The notes under the pieces are model-generated. The model was not told the origin of the DNA. It saw only the letters and a program-made list of their open reading frames with translations, and did not search any database. A stretch of 62,576 nucleotides of DNA, the filler included, from Choristocarpus tenellus KU-1152 (lineage: Eukaryota > Protista > Phaeophyceae), in the NCBI GenBank assembly GCA_964200185.2. It is 10 parts of 10 records of this genome, joined end to end, with 100 filler letters (N's around TTAATTAATTAA, not from the genome) between each part and the next. Parts side by side here need not be neighbours in the genome. Positions count along the whole stretch, not along the records: positions 34,594 to 39,630 come from CAXNAD020012091.1; positions 39,731 to 51,806 come from CAXNAD020001993.1; positions 51,907 to 55,171 come from CAXNAD020021171.1; 7 more parts are not named here. One strand, 5' to 3'. Both the position numbers and the translations under genes were made by a program. This document shows positions 38,701 to 52,886 of this stretch, piece by piece; position 1 is the first letter of the stretch; the number at the start of each line of letters is the position of its first letter.

Positions 38701-40053
38701 AAGAGCTGAAAGAAGAAAAATGATGTAACAGCACTGGCATTGATGTGACACGACATTCATGTCAACTGTAATAATCCTTTGCCTTTACTGTATTGCCCCC
38801 CCCCCCCCCCCCCCCCCCCCACAACCCCAAAGGAAAAGCGACACCCAGTTTAAGGCNNNNNNNNNNCCCCCCCCCCATCAAAGATATTTGGAAGAAGCTG
38901 CTGTCGCTTTGTATCTGAAGGTAGGTAACTGTTTTTGGTGTGGTTACAATGTATTGCGATTTTTGTTTTGATTTCTAACTTATCCTTGGGATAAAACTAT
39001 TCTTAGTCTATGTTATACAGAGGCGATTCTGCCTCATTAGGCACATTTTACTTTGTTATCAAAGAGAGATAGACTGCAATGAAGAAACTGATTTTATTTG
39101 AATGTGAAAGTTACCTTTTAGTCGAATATATGTCACCTTTGAATTGAATGATTATGGGACTGTTTCATGATTTAGTGCACCAACCACTGGTCATCGAAGG
39201 GTTCCACAATGAGAGACTTCTTGACTGTTTCATGATGTGGCCCTCATTTTTCTCTTTTATTCTTGTTTTTGTTTTTAAATTGGGAACTAGTCTGTGAATT
39301 GTAGTAATTCCTCAGAATATTGACTTTCCAATCAGGTAGAGAGAAATGACTATGAAAAATGAAGGAGATTTTATCGGTAAATTTCTAATGGTGCTTAGGG
39401 TTAGTGCACCTGTTCAATTTATATCGAGTAAACAGAAATATGGTCGATTCACTTTCTGCTCTCCAAACCTTTGGTCCCCAAAATTTATTACATTCCAAAA
39501 TATTTAGATAAGGAAACATCATGTTCTTGGAAAGGAGATGACCCAAAGTATCTGGGGCTGGGGGGGGGGGGGGGGGGGTCAACACAACGTTGCCTATTTG
39601 GCCCAAAAAGAGGAAAAGTGGATTTACATTNNNNNNNNNNNNNNNNNNNNNNNNNNNNNNNNNNNNNNNNNNNNTTAATTAATTAANNNNNNNNNNNNNN
39701 NNNNNNNNNNNNNNNNNNNNNNNNNNNNNNGTTCTGGGGGAGTAAGGGGTGGAGTTTTCAGCAATCCCAGTGAGTAGTGCTGTGGTGTCTCATCCTCTTC
39801 ATCATAATGATGCACTACTTGTGTAAGGTGGAAGTGCCATCTATTTTTCTGTTCAATCCATTTTTGCGCTCAACTTTTCATCTTGTGTTTGGGTAGCATT
39901 GAACATATTTCAAGGTGTCATTCATAACATTGAATTCAACCTAAGCTGCCTCATATTATTACTGAGGTCAAAACGAATATTTTTTGGAGATACTATGTCC
40001 CCAATGATACCTAACCGTCAACACCCCCTCCCTCCGTGCCATTTGCTCCTGCA

Positions 40054-40824
40054 GGACGACTCCCTATCAGTGGCGCTAACCACTTCTGGGATTAAGCTGC
40101 ACAGCCGGTGGGTGCCTTTTGTTGGTGCCCTTGTATCTAGGGATGCCATGATCCTCCCAACTCGCCCCTGAGGGCAGGAACTGCTTAGTCGCAGAACAAG
40201 TTTTGTGTATGAGTGAAAGAATCTCAGAGGGTACGAGTTTTGACCTGTTTGTCCATTTAGGGCTTGGGTTCCCATGGGTTTTATATGACTTTTTGCTTAC
40301 TCTAAAATATTTCAGAGTTGATAAAATGTATACGTTATGGAATGGTGTGTCCGGAACAAGGATGTTGACACTTCCTCACAAAAAAGATAGCCAAAAATAT
40401 ATCAAAATCACAAAATTGGATTTTGGCCCCCTAATGGATGCGGTTCTACCATGTAAGATACTTTGACTCTGATGGAGGTACTGCCTTGGCCTTTCCCTCC
40501 CAAAAATTCCACACTCTCGATTTTTGAGAAAGGGAGACCGTGGTGCTGCAGCCCCAATAGCTGTGATGAGATGGTCCCTGCCCCTTGTTGCAAGTGAAAC
40601 GTCATTGCATCCAACCACACCCTACTGCTGTGCGGCTAACCCTTCCACACTGCTGTCTCCTTGCCTCACAGGGTGCCATGCCAATGTTGTTCAAGTACAG
40701 TCATTCAGCATAATACACAAGATGGGTCCAATGCTTCTTGAGGCTGAGAGTGAGACAGTGTGGAAACTACTTCAGTATGACCTTGTGGGTCCTCCTAGTG
40801 ATCCAGACCTCCGACACCTGCTGA
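40054..40824 (+). pseudogene. Possible degenerate protein-kinase exons
   Basis: Two segments with good splice sites; HANVVQV..MLLE..VWKLL loosely resembles kinase subdomains IV-V; weak. Confidence 0.25.
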
Positions 40825-42186
40825 GGTGAGACTGAACACTCATTGTATTGAAAGCAGATTAGGAGGAAAGAAAGAACTTATGGACACAACTTGCACAAAG
40901 TACTCATAGCACGAGGCAGCTTTTCTGTGTAAAAAACGGGCGCCGGCACCCCCCCCCCAGATACTTTGACCCTCTGACACGTTTTGGGACTGAAGATGGT
41001 CAATTATTCCATGTACACTAATCATTTTGGCTATAGTGGGCAAACCACCCCGGAGATGGAATCCTGTATGAGGGTGTGGAGATTGTTGTAGGGTCGAAAG
41101 GAGTGATTCTCCTGACATCGATGTCTATGATGTGGCGCAAGTCATAGGGTTGAGAAGCAAAGCAGCAACTTGTGTTACTTCTCAAATTATCATGGTAATA
41201 AAATGGTTAGTGCAAAAGGATCCATTCTTGACATAATTTCTGACACGTAACTGAATCTGAAGTGTTTTGTATGCTTTTTGTACTCGGTGTTGAAACCTTT
41301 GTTGTAACAGTCTGTTCTCCGGAGCACATGTCAATGATGATTTGGTAGTTCAAGGCAAACGCTCTCTTAAATGTATTGTTGTCTTATGAAGGGAAGGTTC
41401 GCCCAATGCAATGGAGCACTTACTCCCTACAATGTAATAAATCAGGTGGTATGGTCTAGTAAGAATCTTGGTTGATGATAGCAATAGAGCATGATTCAAT
41501 GATGATGTGATGGATTGAACCTGGTCTACTGAGAAGGAGCTCGTTACCTTGTGTGAAGGAAGGTATATGATGTCTAACTCTGAATATATATCATCTTGAT
41601 GATGTGTTCAAGTACACATGAAAACCAAAGGGAACTCAAGGGAGTAAGCTGTGAGTCTGCTCTGTTCTCTCAAGGCATTCTCAAACATGGAAGTGGCTGT
41701 CATATCTATGAAAGAATAAACCAAGTCGTATTTGTGGAGACACAACTATGTGTCACAACTGGTGACGTTTGCATCTGGTGACTTTGCCTTGTGTGGGATT
41801 CAGAAACAGGGAACTTCAACAGAGACAGATGTACTGCATAGATATATGTTCTTACGCTGTAGTCCTGTACATTTCAGGTGTCGAAGTCTCAGTATATGGC
41901 AGTCATGGTCTGAATGAACATGATTGTGAGGTAGTACCATCAAACCCTTGTGAAGATCCTCATCTGTAACTATAAGACAACTGAGGCAACCTATTTTCCA
42001 ATACCATTCAAACCGTAAAACTCTCTATATCCCTATGATTCAAGGATAGAGTCTAAGTATATCTGAGTGTGAACTGTACTGTAATGGTGTATATTTTTGT
42101 GCTGATCTCGCCACCCCCTGGATGTTGTTCCTGGGGGGTTTGAGCAGCACAAAGGTGAGATGGGGGGTGGTGGGGCCATCTGACGT

Positions 42187-45100
42187 TCTAAGATTTAAGT
42201 TCTTTGGTGTTTTGACAATAACAGTATCAAGCACCACTGCCTGTCACAGTACTTCCAGAATGAGTTCGATGCTCTCACCCTCCCTCCCTCCCTCCCTCCC
42301 TTGTTGTATACACAAATATGTTGGGCAGCTCAACTCAGCTGCAGGAACGGTGACGTACATAGCTCAGGAGTCACTGATGTCTATTGAGCCTTCCACTATG
42401 TCTTCAGCTTATCACTGTGCATTCCGCAGGCTGAGGGGTAGAGGGAGTACCCCTTTGGAGCGAGCAGGTCAGTGATTGTTACAGTTTTGTCTGTACAGTT
42501 TTGTTTTTTTCAAGTATGACTCTGTTTGGGTGTAGGCATGAAGAGGGAATGGAACTGAGGACTCTGAGAAATGCTGTCCGGTTTGTTGCATACCTGGATA
42601 CTCTTTCCCCTTTCACAGAGCGTACATGTTCCTGGTCGATCGGGTGACAACTGAGACTCTTCATGCGTTGATTGTAGTGTAGTAGGTCATATCCTACATA
42701 CTTACGCTTGACAAGTGTCACACAGAATTGTCCCTATTACAGATGTTAGTCCTATGGTCTAAGCCATATAGCTGCAACTTTTGCATTTTGAGTGTCCGCA
42801 CCATGTTAATAGTATTAAAATATCGACAAAAAGGAGTCCTCCTTGCTCAGCCAGAGCTGACGGTTTCCAGTTACCAATGTGCAATCCGTTGTTGGGTTGG
42901 GGTGGCACTGTGGGGGTGAATTGTGAGTGTGGAGTTGGACAGAGTTCCTTTCAACCAAATAGTTCCCTTACAGCATTTGCATTTTCGTATTTGTGAGGGC
43001 TGTAGGTGTAGAATTTGATGTGGAGTAGAATGTGAGCATGGTCATGTACTCCATATTGGTGGAGGCTTTGGAGCAACTATATTGGGCATATTGAGGTTGG
43101 CTGGGACAGAGCACAAATTTCACCAAATTCCATGTTTGTTTCGTCTGGTGCTCATCCGTTCAGTTGTTGCCATCCTCTACCTGCCACCTATGCAACATTT
43201 GACAGGATATGGTGCTTCTCAGGCAGCAGGAGCATTACCTCAATGATGTATCATTGTGGAATGAGGAGGTAGCGACCTGGGCAATGAGGCCCATTATGGC
43301 AAATAGGGTGCAATACAATCGAAGTGCAAATAGTTATGATCAACAGTTATAGTAGTGGTGTCACATTTGTGGTTGACTGTCTCTTGCTTGGACTCTCATC
43401 AAATGTTTGGCGATGTGATTCCCGAACTTTGGAGGATCCCATTATTGGGTAGTCTGAAAAGTATTCGTCCAGAATGTAGTCTGACGGAAGTGGGGGTCGG
43501 TGTTTGCCCGTTGCAACTTTGGTGAAACTATGTCTGGAAGGTACCATACTACAGATCCTCTGATAATGAGGAATTTAAGGGAGAATTGTCATGATCAGAC
43601 CGTGCACAATTTGGCATATGGTGTTAGGCCACAGGTTTAATCAGTCACAGAGCACTGAAAAAACTGAACTGTTGCAACCTCGCTCTTCAGTACATCTCAC
43701 TGCCAAATTGTGTACATTATGACCGTAACAGTTCTCCCTCAGATTCCTTATGCCAGAGGAACTGTAGTATGGTGCTGCCCCGACATAGATTCAGCAGGTT
43801 TGCTACGGGCCAACACCCACCTCCACTTCCATCAGACTACATATCAATTTCAGGTTTCTTTCGCATCCTTCAAAGCGGTGTTATCATAGTCCAAAATATT
43901 TTGATGAGCCTGCAAGCAAGAGGTGGTCAGTCACAAATGTGAAACCACTAGCATAATACCGTAATTTGGTCATAATTCATTTGCACTCTGATTGCAACGC
44001 ACCCTGTCGCCCATACTGGGCATCATTGCCCAGCTGGCAACCTCCTTGCTCCCCAATGATACATCATTGAGGTAACACTCCTGTTGCCTGAGGAGCAACA
44101 TATCCTGTCAGACGTTGCATAGGCGGAAGAAGATGGCAACACAGAACTGAACGGATGAGCACTAGACACAACAAACACGATATTTGGTGAAATTTGTGCA
44201 TTGTCCCAACCAACCACAATATACCCAATATTGTTGCTCCAAAGCCTCCACCGATGCGCATGACCACGATCACATTCTACACCGGATCAAATTCTAAACC
44301 TAGAGCCCTCACAGATGCAGAACGTATACGCCATAACAGTACTATGACCCAAAGCATTGAAGAAGGTATGAGTTTTGCCCTGCTTTTCCTATTCGGGGCT
44401 TGGCTTCCCAAGGGTTTTGTAAGCCCTTTTTCGATTTTCTGTGTGAACACAGTTACCTAAGATATACACGACTATGAAAGGTTTGTCCGAAGCAAGGATA
44501 TCAACACTTGCTAACAAAAACCATAGCCAAAATTAATCATGATCACAACATTGGATTTATGACCCTGAACAGCTGCGGCCCTACCCTCTTTAATGCTTTG
44601 AATCTAAATTGCATGAAGGGAGGTCTCCCCACTCCCCACTCCCAACTCCTAACTCCCATTCACCCCACAATGCCACCCCAACAAAATCAGTTCCACATTG
44701 GGAACTGGAGACCATCAGCTCTGGGTAGGGCATCATTTTGCCAATATTGCGAAACTATTATGATCTGAAGGAAACTTTACAACAGTGTGCCTTCCAGTCG
44801 TTTCTGTGGTTGCCACAACTAAGCCCTCTTCCTACTTCTGGGTTCCCAACAAGTACTGTGAAACATAAACAACTCCTTTTCAGCAAGTTGACTTTCACAT
44901 CATCACAACTAATATGACTTTGTGATTTGTACTTTTTTGCAGCTGAAAAATTGATTGGGTACTGTAGCTCAATATTCGTGTGCAACGGATTACGCTACGG
45001 GGCTAACACTTGTCACAAGGACATTACTGTGTGACACTTATCAAGCACGCAGGATGAAATTTTAGAAAAATGCTTGAAGAGGAACAGCAGTTTCTAGACA

Positions 45101-45547
45101 ATTGACTAGGAACGTGGGTGCATTGTGAAAAAGGAAAGAGTATCCAGGTATGCAAGGAACAGGATGGAATTCGACAGAGCTCTTAGTTTAATCTCTTCTT
45201 CATGCCTGGACCCAAATAGAGTCATAACTGGAAAACAAAACTGTACAGACAAAACCGTAACAATCACCAACCTGGTCTCCCCAAAGGGTACTCCCTCCAC
45301 CCGTTTGTCTGTAGAGTGCACAGTGACAAGCTGCATACATTGTGGAAGGGCAGTACTATGGTGCCAGTAGAAATCAGTGACTCCCGAGTCATGCTCACTA
45401 CTGTTCCTGCAGCTGAAGCAAGCTGACTCGTCTTTGTATATACAACGGGGGAGAAGGGGGAGGGACCATCAGCCTGATCCAGATAGTACTGTGACAGACA
45501 GTGGTGTGCAAGATTATTGTTAACATATCAAAGAACTTACGTCTAGG
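42187..45547. repeat. Large imperfect inverted repeat (arms ~42187-43616 and ~43701-45547)
   Basis: Arms are reverse complements, e.g. gtgcacaatttggca/tgccaaattgtgtac and gcatacctggatactcttt/aaagagtatccaggtatgc. Confidence 0.85.
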
Positions 45548-48500
45548 ATTCACTGTCCAGGGTCCAGTTGAGGGAACAAACGCACCTGAGAATGATAGGT
45601 TGTCCTAGGTGTTGGGTAGCTCCCAAATCAGTCCCTCTATCATGCTGTTCAAACTGGCCACATCAGCGAACAACTATCCAGGACCAGTTGCACAAGATGT
45701 ACTTGGACTTTGTCCTTGAATAATGGGGATAAAGAGAATCTTACAGTTTGAACGGTTGAAAAACAAAGCAAACAACTCGGTTTCAAGTATGTGTTGAAAA
45801 TGCATGTCAGGAATGAACCCTTCTGCACTGACCATTTTATGATACTTTGAGGAGCGACACAATGGTCGGTGTCGACCCCTGTGATCAGGTGGACGCATAG
45901 TTGGTGAGCAACCTCAAGTCCTCACCATTCTGATCTCCAGAAGAAGATGGGAGAGGATGAGAGGTTACTATTGTCACATCTTGAAAAGTTGCACCCATTC
46001 CACATACTCCCTGCTGCAATGGTCACATACGAGTGATCCCTGGTGGATGACAGTATCCCCTGTACACCTGGGAGCATCCCAACTGCAAGGATTGTTGGCA
46101 AGAGGCTATACTACTCCCTTTTCAAGCTCGGATTGTGTCTCCCCTTACAATTGGTAGGACTCTCAAAACCAAATTGGGGTAGTGTTTTGTGGAATTGCTC
46201 AGGGTACTCGTAGGTATATGGATAGGTACCTTCTTGCTTGCTACCCCCCTCAGCTTCTGCTTGTACAGGAATTCATAAGCATGCTGGTTGCTGGATCATG
46301 TGAGCTAGATAGTTGTGAAAGTGTTCTGTTCCTTACCCTTTTGCCTAGTAAACCCTCCACAAAGAAGCCAAGAGATTTTTTCATGTACATGCTGTTTTGC
46401 CAACAGTAATTTTGTGAGGGTGAGGTGATGCATATCCAGGTGAGAGGCAGAGTGGCGAGTTGAAAGGTAAAATTTACTTATTTGTAGGTTGGAAATGTGG
46501 AAATACAACTCCAATGTGAATCTAATGCCCATCCCTTCATTTGTAAGGGCTTATCGAACAGCTTGTTGTGAATACGTGGTTGATTATGTTTGGCGAGGAA
46601 CTTGAGAACCCTTGGGTGCTCATGGAAGGCCTTTTTCGACTATAGCATGTGGTGCTATGTGCCTGTGGCTGGAGAAGTTACGATACACGTGACAAGCGTA
46701 CATTGTTGCTTGAAAGTGTTGATATGAGGTGTAGGGTCTTATTCTTTTGGTGTGGGTAGAGTGTTGACTCTTATCTCGTCTGAATGTGTTTGTGATGTGA
46801 GGGGAGGAAGGGAGGTTGTTTTGATGGTGCTCCTTTTTGACAGCTCATCTTTCGTCCGCAAGTGGTATCTCCCAGTGATCTTGTTTATGTTGTGTTTCTG
46901 TCCCTACTCTCAGGCACCTTCTTTGAAAGGAGAGACAGGACTTGATGTTAGAATGCATCTGTGTAGCATATAGAAGTACATGCTCTTGTTATTGTCTCCA
47001 GTTCGATTGTCCTCTGATAGATTATGAGAGTGGCAGCCGCTTGGTCTGTAGCAAGAGGAGTGACAATGTGTTGAGCTTGCTCCGTTTATGAAATGCTTAA
47101 AGATGAGCAAATACCGGCTCAAGGATGAGCAGATGCCGGCTCAAAGTGTCTGGGGGGGGGTGACGGCCGTCCATTCAGGGCCCATTTTTCCATTTCGCGA
47201 TTTTGGGCTGAATTTGGTTGCATGTGTAAGATGGATAATGTAAGTGCACTTCTACTGGTCAGGGCCCGAATGGACACCCTGATGCAGACCCCCCTCCCCT
47301 CCACCCAGATACTTTGAGCCTGCCCAGCAGGGTGAGGTTAGTTGTGTATGGGGTAAGAATGAGGCAATGCCATTTTGTCTTTTTTTCTTGCAGGTGGGCT
47401 AGAGCCTAGTAGATGAAGGAATTTCAAGGTCTATTAAGTACCCTAGAAATACTCGAGACTGTTGGTTGACCTTTGAAGTGTGACTAAGGTAGTTACCTAT
47501 GTCACCATGTTTGATGCCTTTCTTGTGCGGTGCAGTGCAGTTGGCGATGTTCAGGATGCTATTCACTACTTTCGAGCACATAACTGGTTGGTGTTGATAT
47601 TTGGCTCGTGTGTGATGACCATGATGATGGCACATTTGCACTTGCTGCTGGATGTGTGTCTATGGCAATGCAACATTGATGTGAGTGAGTAATGGGGCAG
47701 GAATGCCATGAAGCCCTACTAGCTACTTTTGGAAAATTTCCGTTTGTGTGGTGACTGGGACCTTGCTAGTTGTTCCTCACCCTATATGATGATTACAAGG
47801 AGTATGACCCTCATACCTCAACAGAACAGTTGTATTCACACCAACGATTTGTAAGATTGTAGGTTGGATCCCTATAGATGAGTCTGTATAGAGCGTCCTT
47901 GTGACTCAGTGGTTAATGGACACTGTTCCCCGTTGCATGAATTTTGTGAGTTTTCTTGTCATGGAAATCTGGTTTCGATTATCCAAAGTCCACGTGACAA
48001 GGACCACGGATTGTACTCCTGTCCTTGATCTCTGTGTTGTGTACTATCCTTCCTATCCATCGTTACGTTATGCCGCAAATACGCCAAACCAAGAGTGAAC
48101 CTGGGCTGAATTTTATGAGTTTGTACATGATTGACATCGCACTTCGTGCTGTGGACATCTGGATTGATCATCCAAAGTTCGTATGGCAACCACTACAAAT
48201 TGTACACATGTGCTACCCGATCTGTCACTATAACAGAGAAATGCAGGACTAAGAGTGAGGAAATAATGCTTCATTGTTGAGTAACACCGAGGTGGACCTA
48301 CTACACCATTCAAGGGGGGAAACAGAGTGACAAGTGATGAGGAGGCTGAAACCAACACAGAGAACCAAGGCATGAACGGAGGCATCAGATTTACTAATGA
48401 TACAAAAGCTAATTACAGAATATTATCCAAGAAGTAGTGAGGGTGTCATGCCTGTGACCATGGGTCAGGATGTTCCCTTGAGAAATGTCAAGAAGCAGAA

Positions 48501-51500
48501 GAATATGAACTGGCTTGCTGGAACGCATAATGCAATGCTCTTATGCAATACATATATATTTTTTTGCAGTTCCATTGCATTTGTACCCTTGGCCAGGTTT
48601 GCCTACTTATAGGTATCTTAGTCGAACCCCTTAATATGTGTAAGGGGTCATCACGGAGTATTTTTTTTAATGCTTGTGCTAGTGTTTTCGTTGGGGTCAT
48701 GCTCTTATATATGAGATTTTTATGTTTTTGGGCGAATCTGGGATTAGGATACTGTACGAGTAAGGCTGGCAAGGGTTGTGTGGCTTTTATTAATGAAGCT
48801 TGGGATCAGGGAGTTAGGGTCTAGTACTGGGTGCAGTGTGTGACTGTTTCTTTTTTGTGCTGTGGAAGGAATTGTGATTTTGCTTATGTGGAGATCTAGA
48901 GGTGTAAAGTGGAGATGGGGCAAGGTTGAGAGTTATTACCTGGGCCTAGGGTTAAGATTTGGGTTAGGATTAGAGCTGAGTGTGTGACTGTATACGTTTT
49001 TCAAGGTTAGGGAGGATGAGATGAGGTTGGGGTGTCGATTAGGATTAGGAAGGTGGGGTCATACTACCGCTGTGCCATAAGTTGTTGCATTCTGTGCCGT
49101 ACATGTTCTTAATCTTCCCTCAATGGCAACATCTTCAGCATATCAGTTGGGCTAAAATGCTAAATGCGTACGGAAGCACGTATGACGTGTGAAAGTTACC
49201 ATTAATATGGAGAAAATCACACGGGTGATACCTTTTAAGCGCCTTCCAGTGTGGAAGCCCTGTTTCCTGGTCTGTTAGGAATATCTGAAATAATTTGAGG
49301 CGTATGGTACAAATGCCCTGAACCCACTGCCAAATTGAGCCCTTTTGCACCCAATAACCTCCTGAAATACTTCCATTTTCCCAAATTATTCTCTTCTTTG
49401 AACACTTCGTCCTCCTGCCCTTCTCCACTAAACAATATATAGAACCTAAAAAGACACGGCAAAAGCTCTAGAGACAGGTCCCTTACTTCAGGAGAAAAGG
49501 AGTGAAAGTATCTTCGAGGGTACGAGTTTTTCCCTGTTTGTCCTTTTGGGGCATGACTTCCCACGGGGTTTTAGTGACATTTTACCTACACCAATATATT
49601 TAGGAGTAGGTAAAATGTATATGTTATGAAAAGGTGTGTCCGGAACAAGGATATTGACATCTCCTAACAAGCACAATAGCCAAAGTTACATCAAAATTGC
49701 AACATTGGATTTTAGCCCCCAAATGGACGTGACTCTACCCTCTAAGATACTTCAATTCTTTTGAACCTTTCCAAACCCATTACTCTGTGAGAAAGGTAGG
49801 ATGGGAACAAAAATATTGGTGGCATGCGTTGTTGTACGCGTTCTTAGATCACTTCCTAATAGGCGTCATACCTTAACAACTGGGAGCACACACAATGTCT
49901 CAGTAACACTCATTATTCAGGACAACTCTCATTGCCCATTTATCCATAACATCCATTGTCTAAGAGAATGCTCAGGGCCCGTTGTTTGTCTGTAGCTTTT
50001 GTTTTGGCCAGGACAACATAGACATAGTAGTTCTGGCAGGAGATAGTTTTGATTATTTTTTTGGCGCATGTTACTCATTTTCACATGCACTCTCTTTGTT
50101 TGTCGCATACTGAGGTATGTAGGATGCGCCATCAATACCGAGTAATAGCATAACATATATAACACAGGACTTCTCCCTCTTATTACTATAAACTAAAGTA
50201 AACAAGAGGTACCCAGTTTTTGGGCATTTTGCATTATGTGCCAGTTTTACAGTCTCTTGCAATTTTATTTTATTTATATGGATGAAGTGTTCAGTTTGAC
50301 TTGAGAGAGTTGATTTCTCTGTTTGAAAATTTTGAACATAATTCAAAAGATGTCCTATACACATTCGAAAAAGAAAGTCAATTTTTACATATATTTACTG
50401 GCATCGTATTAAAATTCTATAGCTTTGGTGCAGTGTTCTACTACTACGGTAAGTACATACCGTTCAGAACTGTGAATAAAATAAAATATCAATCCTTGCA
50501 GTAAGTAAGCTAGTTCTTCAATTATGTAGTGTAACATTAAAAGCAAACAAATATCCTTGCTGTGTCCTTTCCCATTTGTTGAGCTTGCAAGCAAGAACTT
50601 CTGGTAGTAGTAATATTTTTTATGATAGGATGAAAGTCAAATATAGAATTACTAAACATATGCTGGGAAGTAATCCATAATGATGACCAATACTTACATA
50701 CATATATTTCGTATTCCCTCTGACATCCTTTAGGAAGACTGATGAAATCGTTGTCTTGTGTGTCATGTCATGGGGAAGAAACAAACAACACACAAGACAA
50801 CACAAGAAATGCAACAACAGTGCTTTTCAAAATTCATTTCCAAAACGGCGTACTTTGTCGTCTGTTGTTGCTGCTGTTGCTACCAGTCTTTTATTTTTCT
50901 TGGACATAGTTGTATGTGGTTTACTGCACTATCGACTTCTTTTTCCTGTCTTGGTATTGATAAATGTTTACGTTTTGCCCACATCTTTCCCCCCCCAACA
51001 GAGTGAATGAAGGGGTGACTTACAACCTTTATATTAATCGTTGTGTGTCCTGGAACCGATTGTTGGTGCTCCTAGCTGGACCCCTTCTCTTGGTATTATA
51101 TGCTTTGAATAATAGATACGATCAAGTTTTGTTCTTCCTTGATTTTCGTCTGTTATTATTGGCAGAAGTGTCTGGGGAGGGGGGTGACGGCTTTCCATTT
51201 GGGGCCACTTTCCCATGTCCCGATTTTTGGGTGATTTAGTTGCATGTGTCGGATGGATAATATAAGCGCACTTTTTTCTGGTCAGTCAGGGCCTGAATGG
51301 ACACCCTGGTGTAGACGCCCCCCGCCCGCCAGATACTTCGAGCCTTTTTTTCAATTTCTTTTTCAGTTTGTGCTTTTCTGTGTTCCTTCTGGCAACAGGA
51401 TTAACAAGGTTGGGTTAATGTACATTAACTGAAGACAACATTCAATATCCACAACTCACTAGGCATCTTACGTTATTGTATGCATGTAACACCATTCATA

Positions 51501-52886
51501 GCCCTATTATCTCTACCAATATAATAGACAATATTGTGGGAGTCTGAATTCCAAATCCAACCACTGCGGTAGTCTGAACCAGGTGATTTTACTAATCGAG
51601 CATTCATGCAGGGTTGCTGAGCATCCCAGATGTCAAGCAGTTTGGCGTGTTATTACTAACCCTCAGAAAGCAGATTATTCCTAAGAAGGCAAACGATGAA
51701 TGGCTAGTGTTGTTGAAGTATCCCCAAAATCATCGAAGAGGATAAAGGTGATAAACCCGGCGGATTGCTTGATGTCTGTAGAGTGATTGATTAAATTTAG
51801 GTGGGGNNNNNNNNNNNNNNNNNNNNNNNNNNNNNNNNNNNNNNNNNNNNTTAATTAATTAANNNNNNNNNNNNNNNNNNNNNNNNNNNNNNNNNNNNNN
51901 NNNNNNCCCCCTCCCCCCAGATACTTTGGGTCAATAGTGCTAGGAAATGCTGTGAAGTTGAATCAATGGCGCATCTAAGTGAACGAAGTAGTACTTTGAA
52001 GCCAGTTGGATACATTTTTTCTACCCATACAAAGATGTTCACATATACTTGAGATTTGGCAATCAGCTTCATCATTCTCTTTCTTTTTCTATCCCATATA
52101 ACTGGCAAAGGTACCCTTTCCATGCCCACCTTCACGGAATATTCTAGGTTTAAACTTGATAGGTTGACATCATGGTCATTGTGGATGAGAACAGAAGTGA
52201 AGTGTACTGAAGACTCAAGTAAGAAAGAAGTTAGCTCAAACAGGTTTCCACATTTTAACTATTGTCTACCAAATGTGTATCCTTTGCCTTAACTGGTCAC
52301 AGGACAACTCCACAATTTAGTAGTTTGTTGTTGCATGCGGCAGAACGAACTCATAGATCCAAGACCTCAACCCCGAGTATTTGAAAAAGTCCTACAGCAT
52401 TATCTAAACCTACTGCACATTTCTAAAATACTGCACAATTTCTCGAAGACATATGCAGCAGGCTTATGGGATTGAAGGTGACGCTGGGAGAAATGTGTCC
52501 TAGAGTGGGCTGGATTTTGGTCCTTTCGTTTTCAAAGGGTTTGTATATAATCCTATGGATGAATATTCTGTCATTGGATTGGAGGATATGGGTCGTAAAG
52601 ATCGGAATCAGAAAAACTAACAGAAACTACCAAGAAGAGAGACACCCCCATCTAGGATATTTTAGCTCTCTGAACCAACTGAACAAAATATGTAGCATCA
52701 TGAGTATTCAAATGTTTTTTCTCTTCAATAGCATGACACCCAAACATACTTCAGCATAGACACTGTGTCAAGATCATCTACAATTGGAGTACCACTATTG
52801 ACTAGCTCTTTATGAAATTCAGCTGTAGTACTACCAAGCAATTCAACCTCAAGATTGTAGGGAAAGAAGAAGAGGGGAAAGCAAAC

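Noticed and set aside
45550-51140. Short ORFs possibly from decayed LINE or gene exons (e.g. 46305-46532, 48488-48772, 49235-49428)
   Set aside because: No diagnostic motifs; too degenerate to support a call
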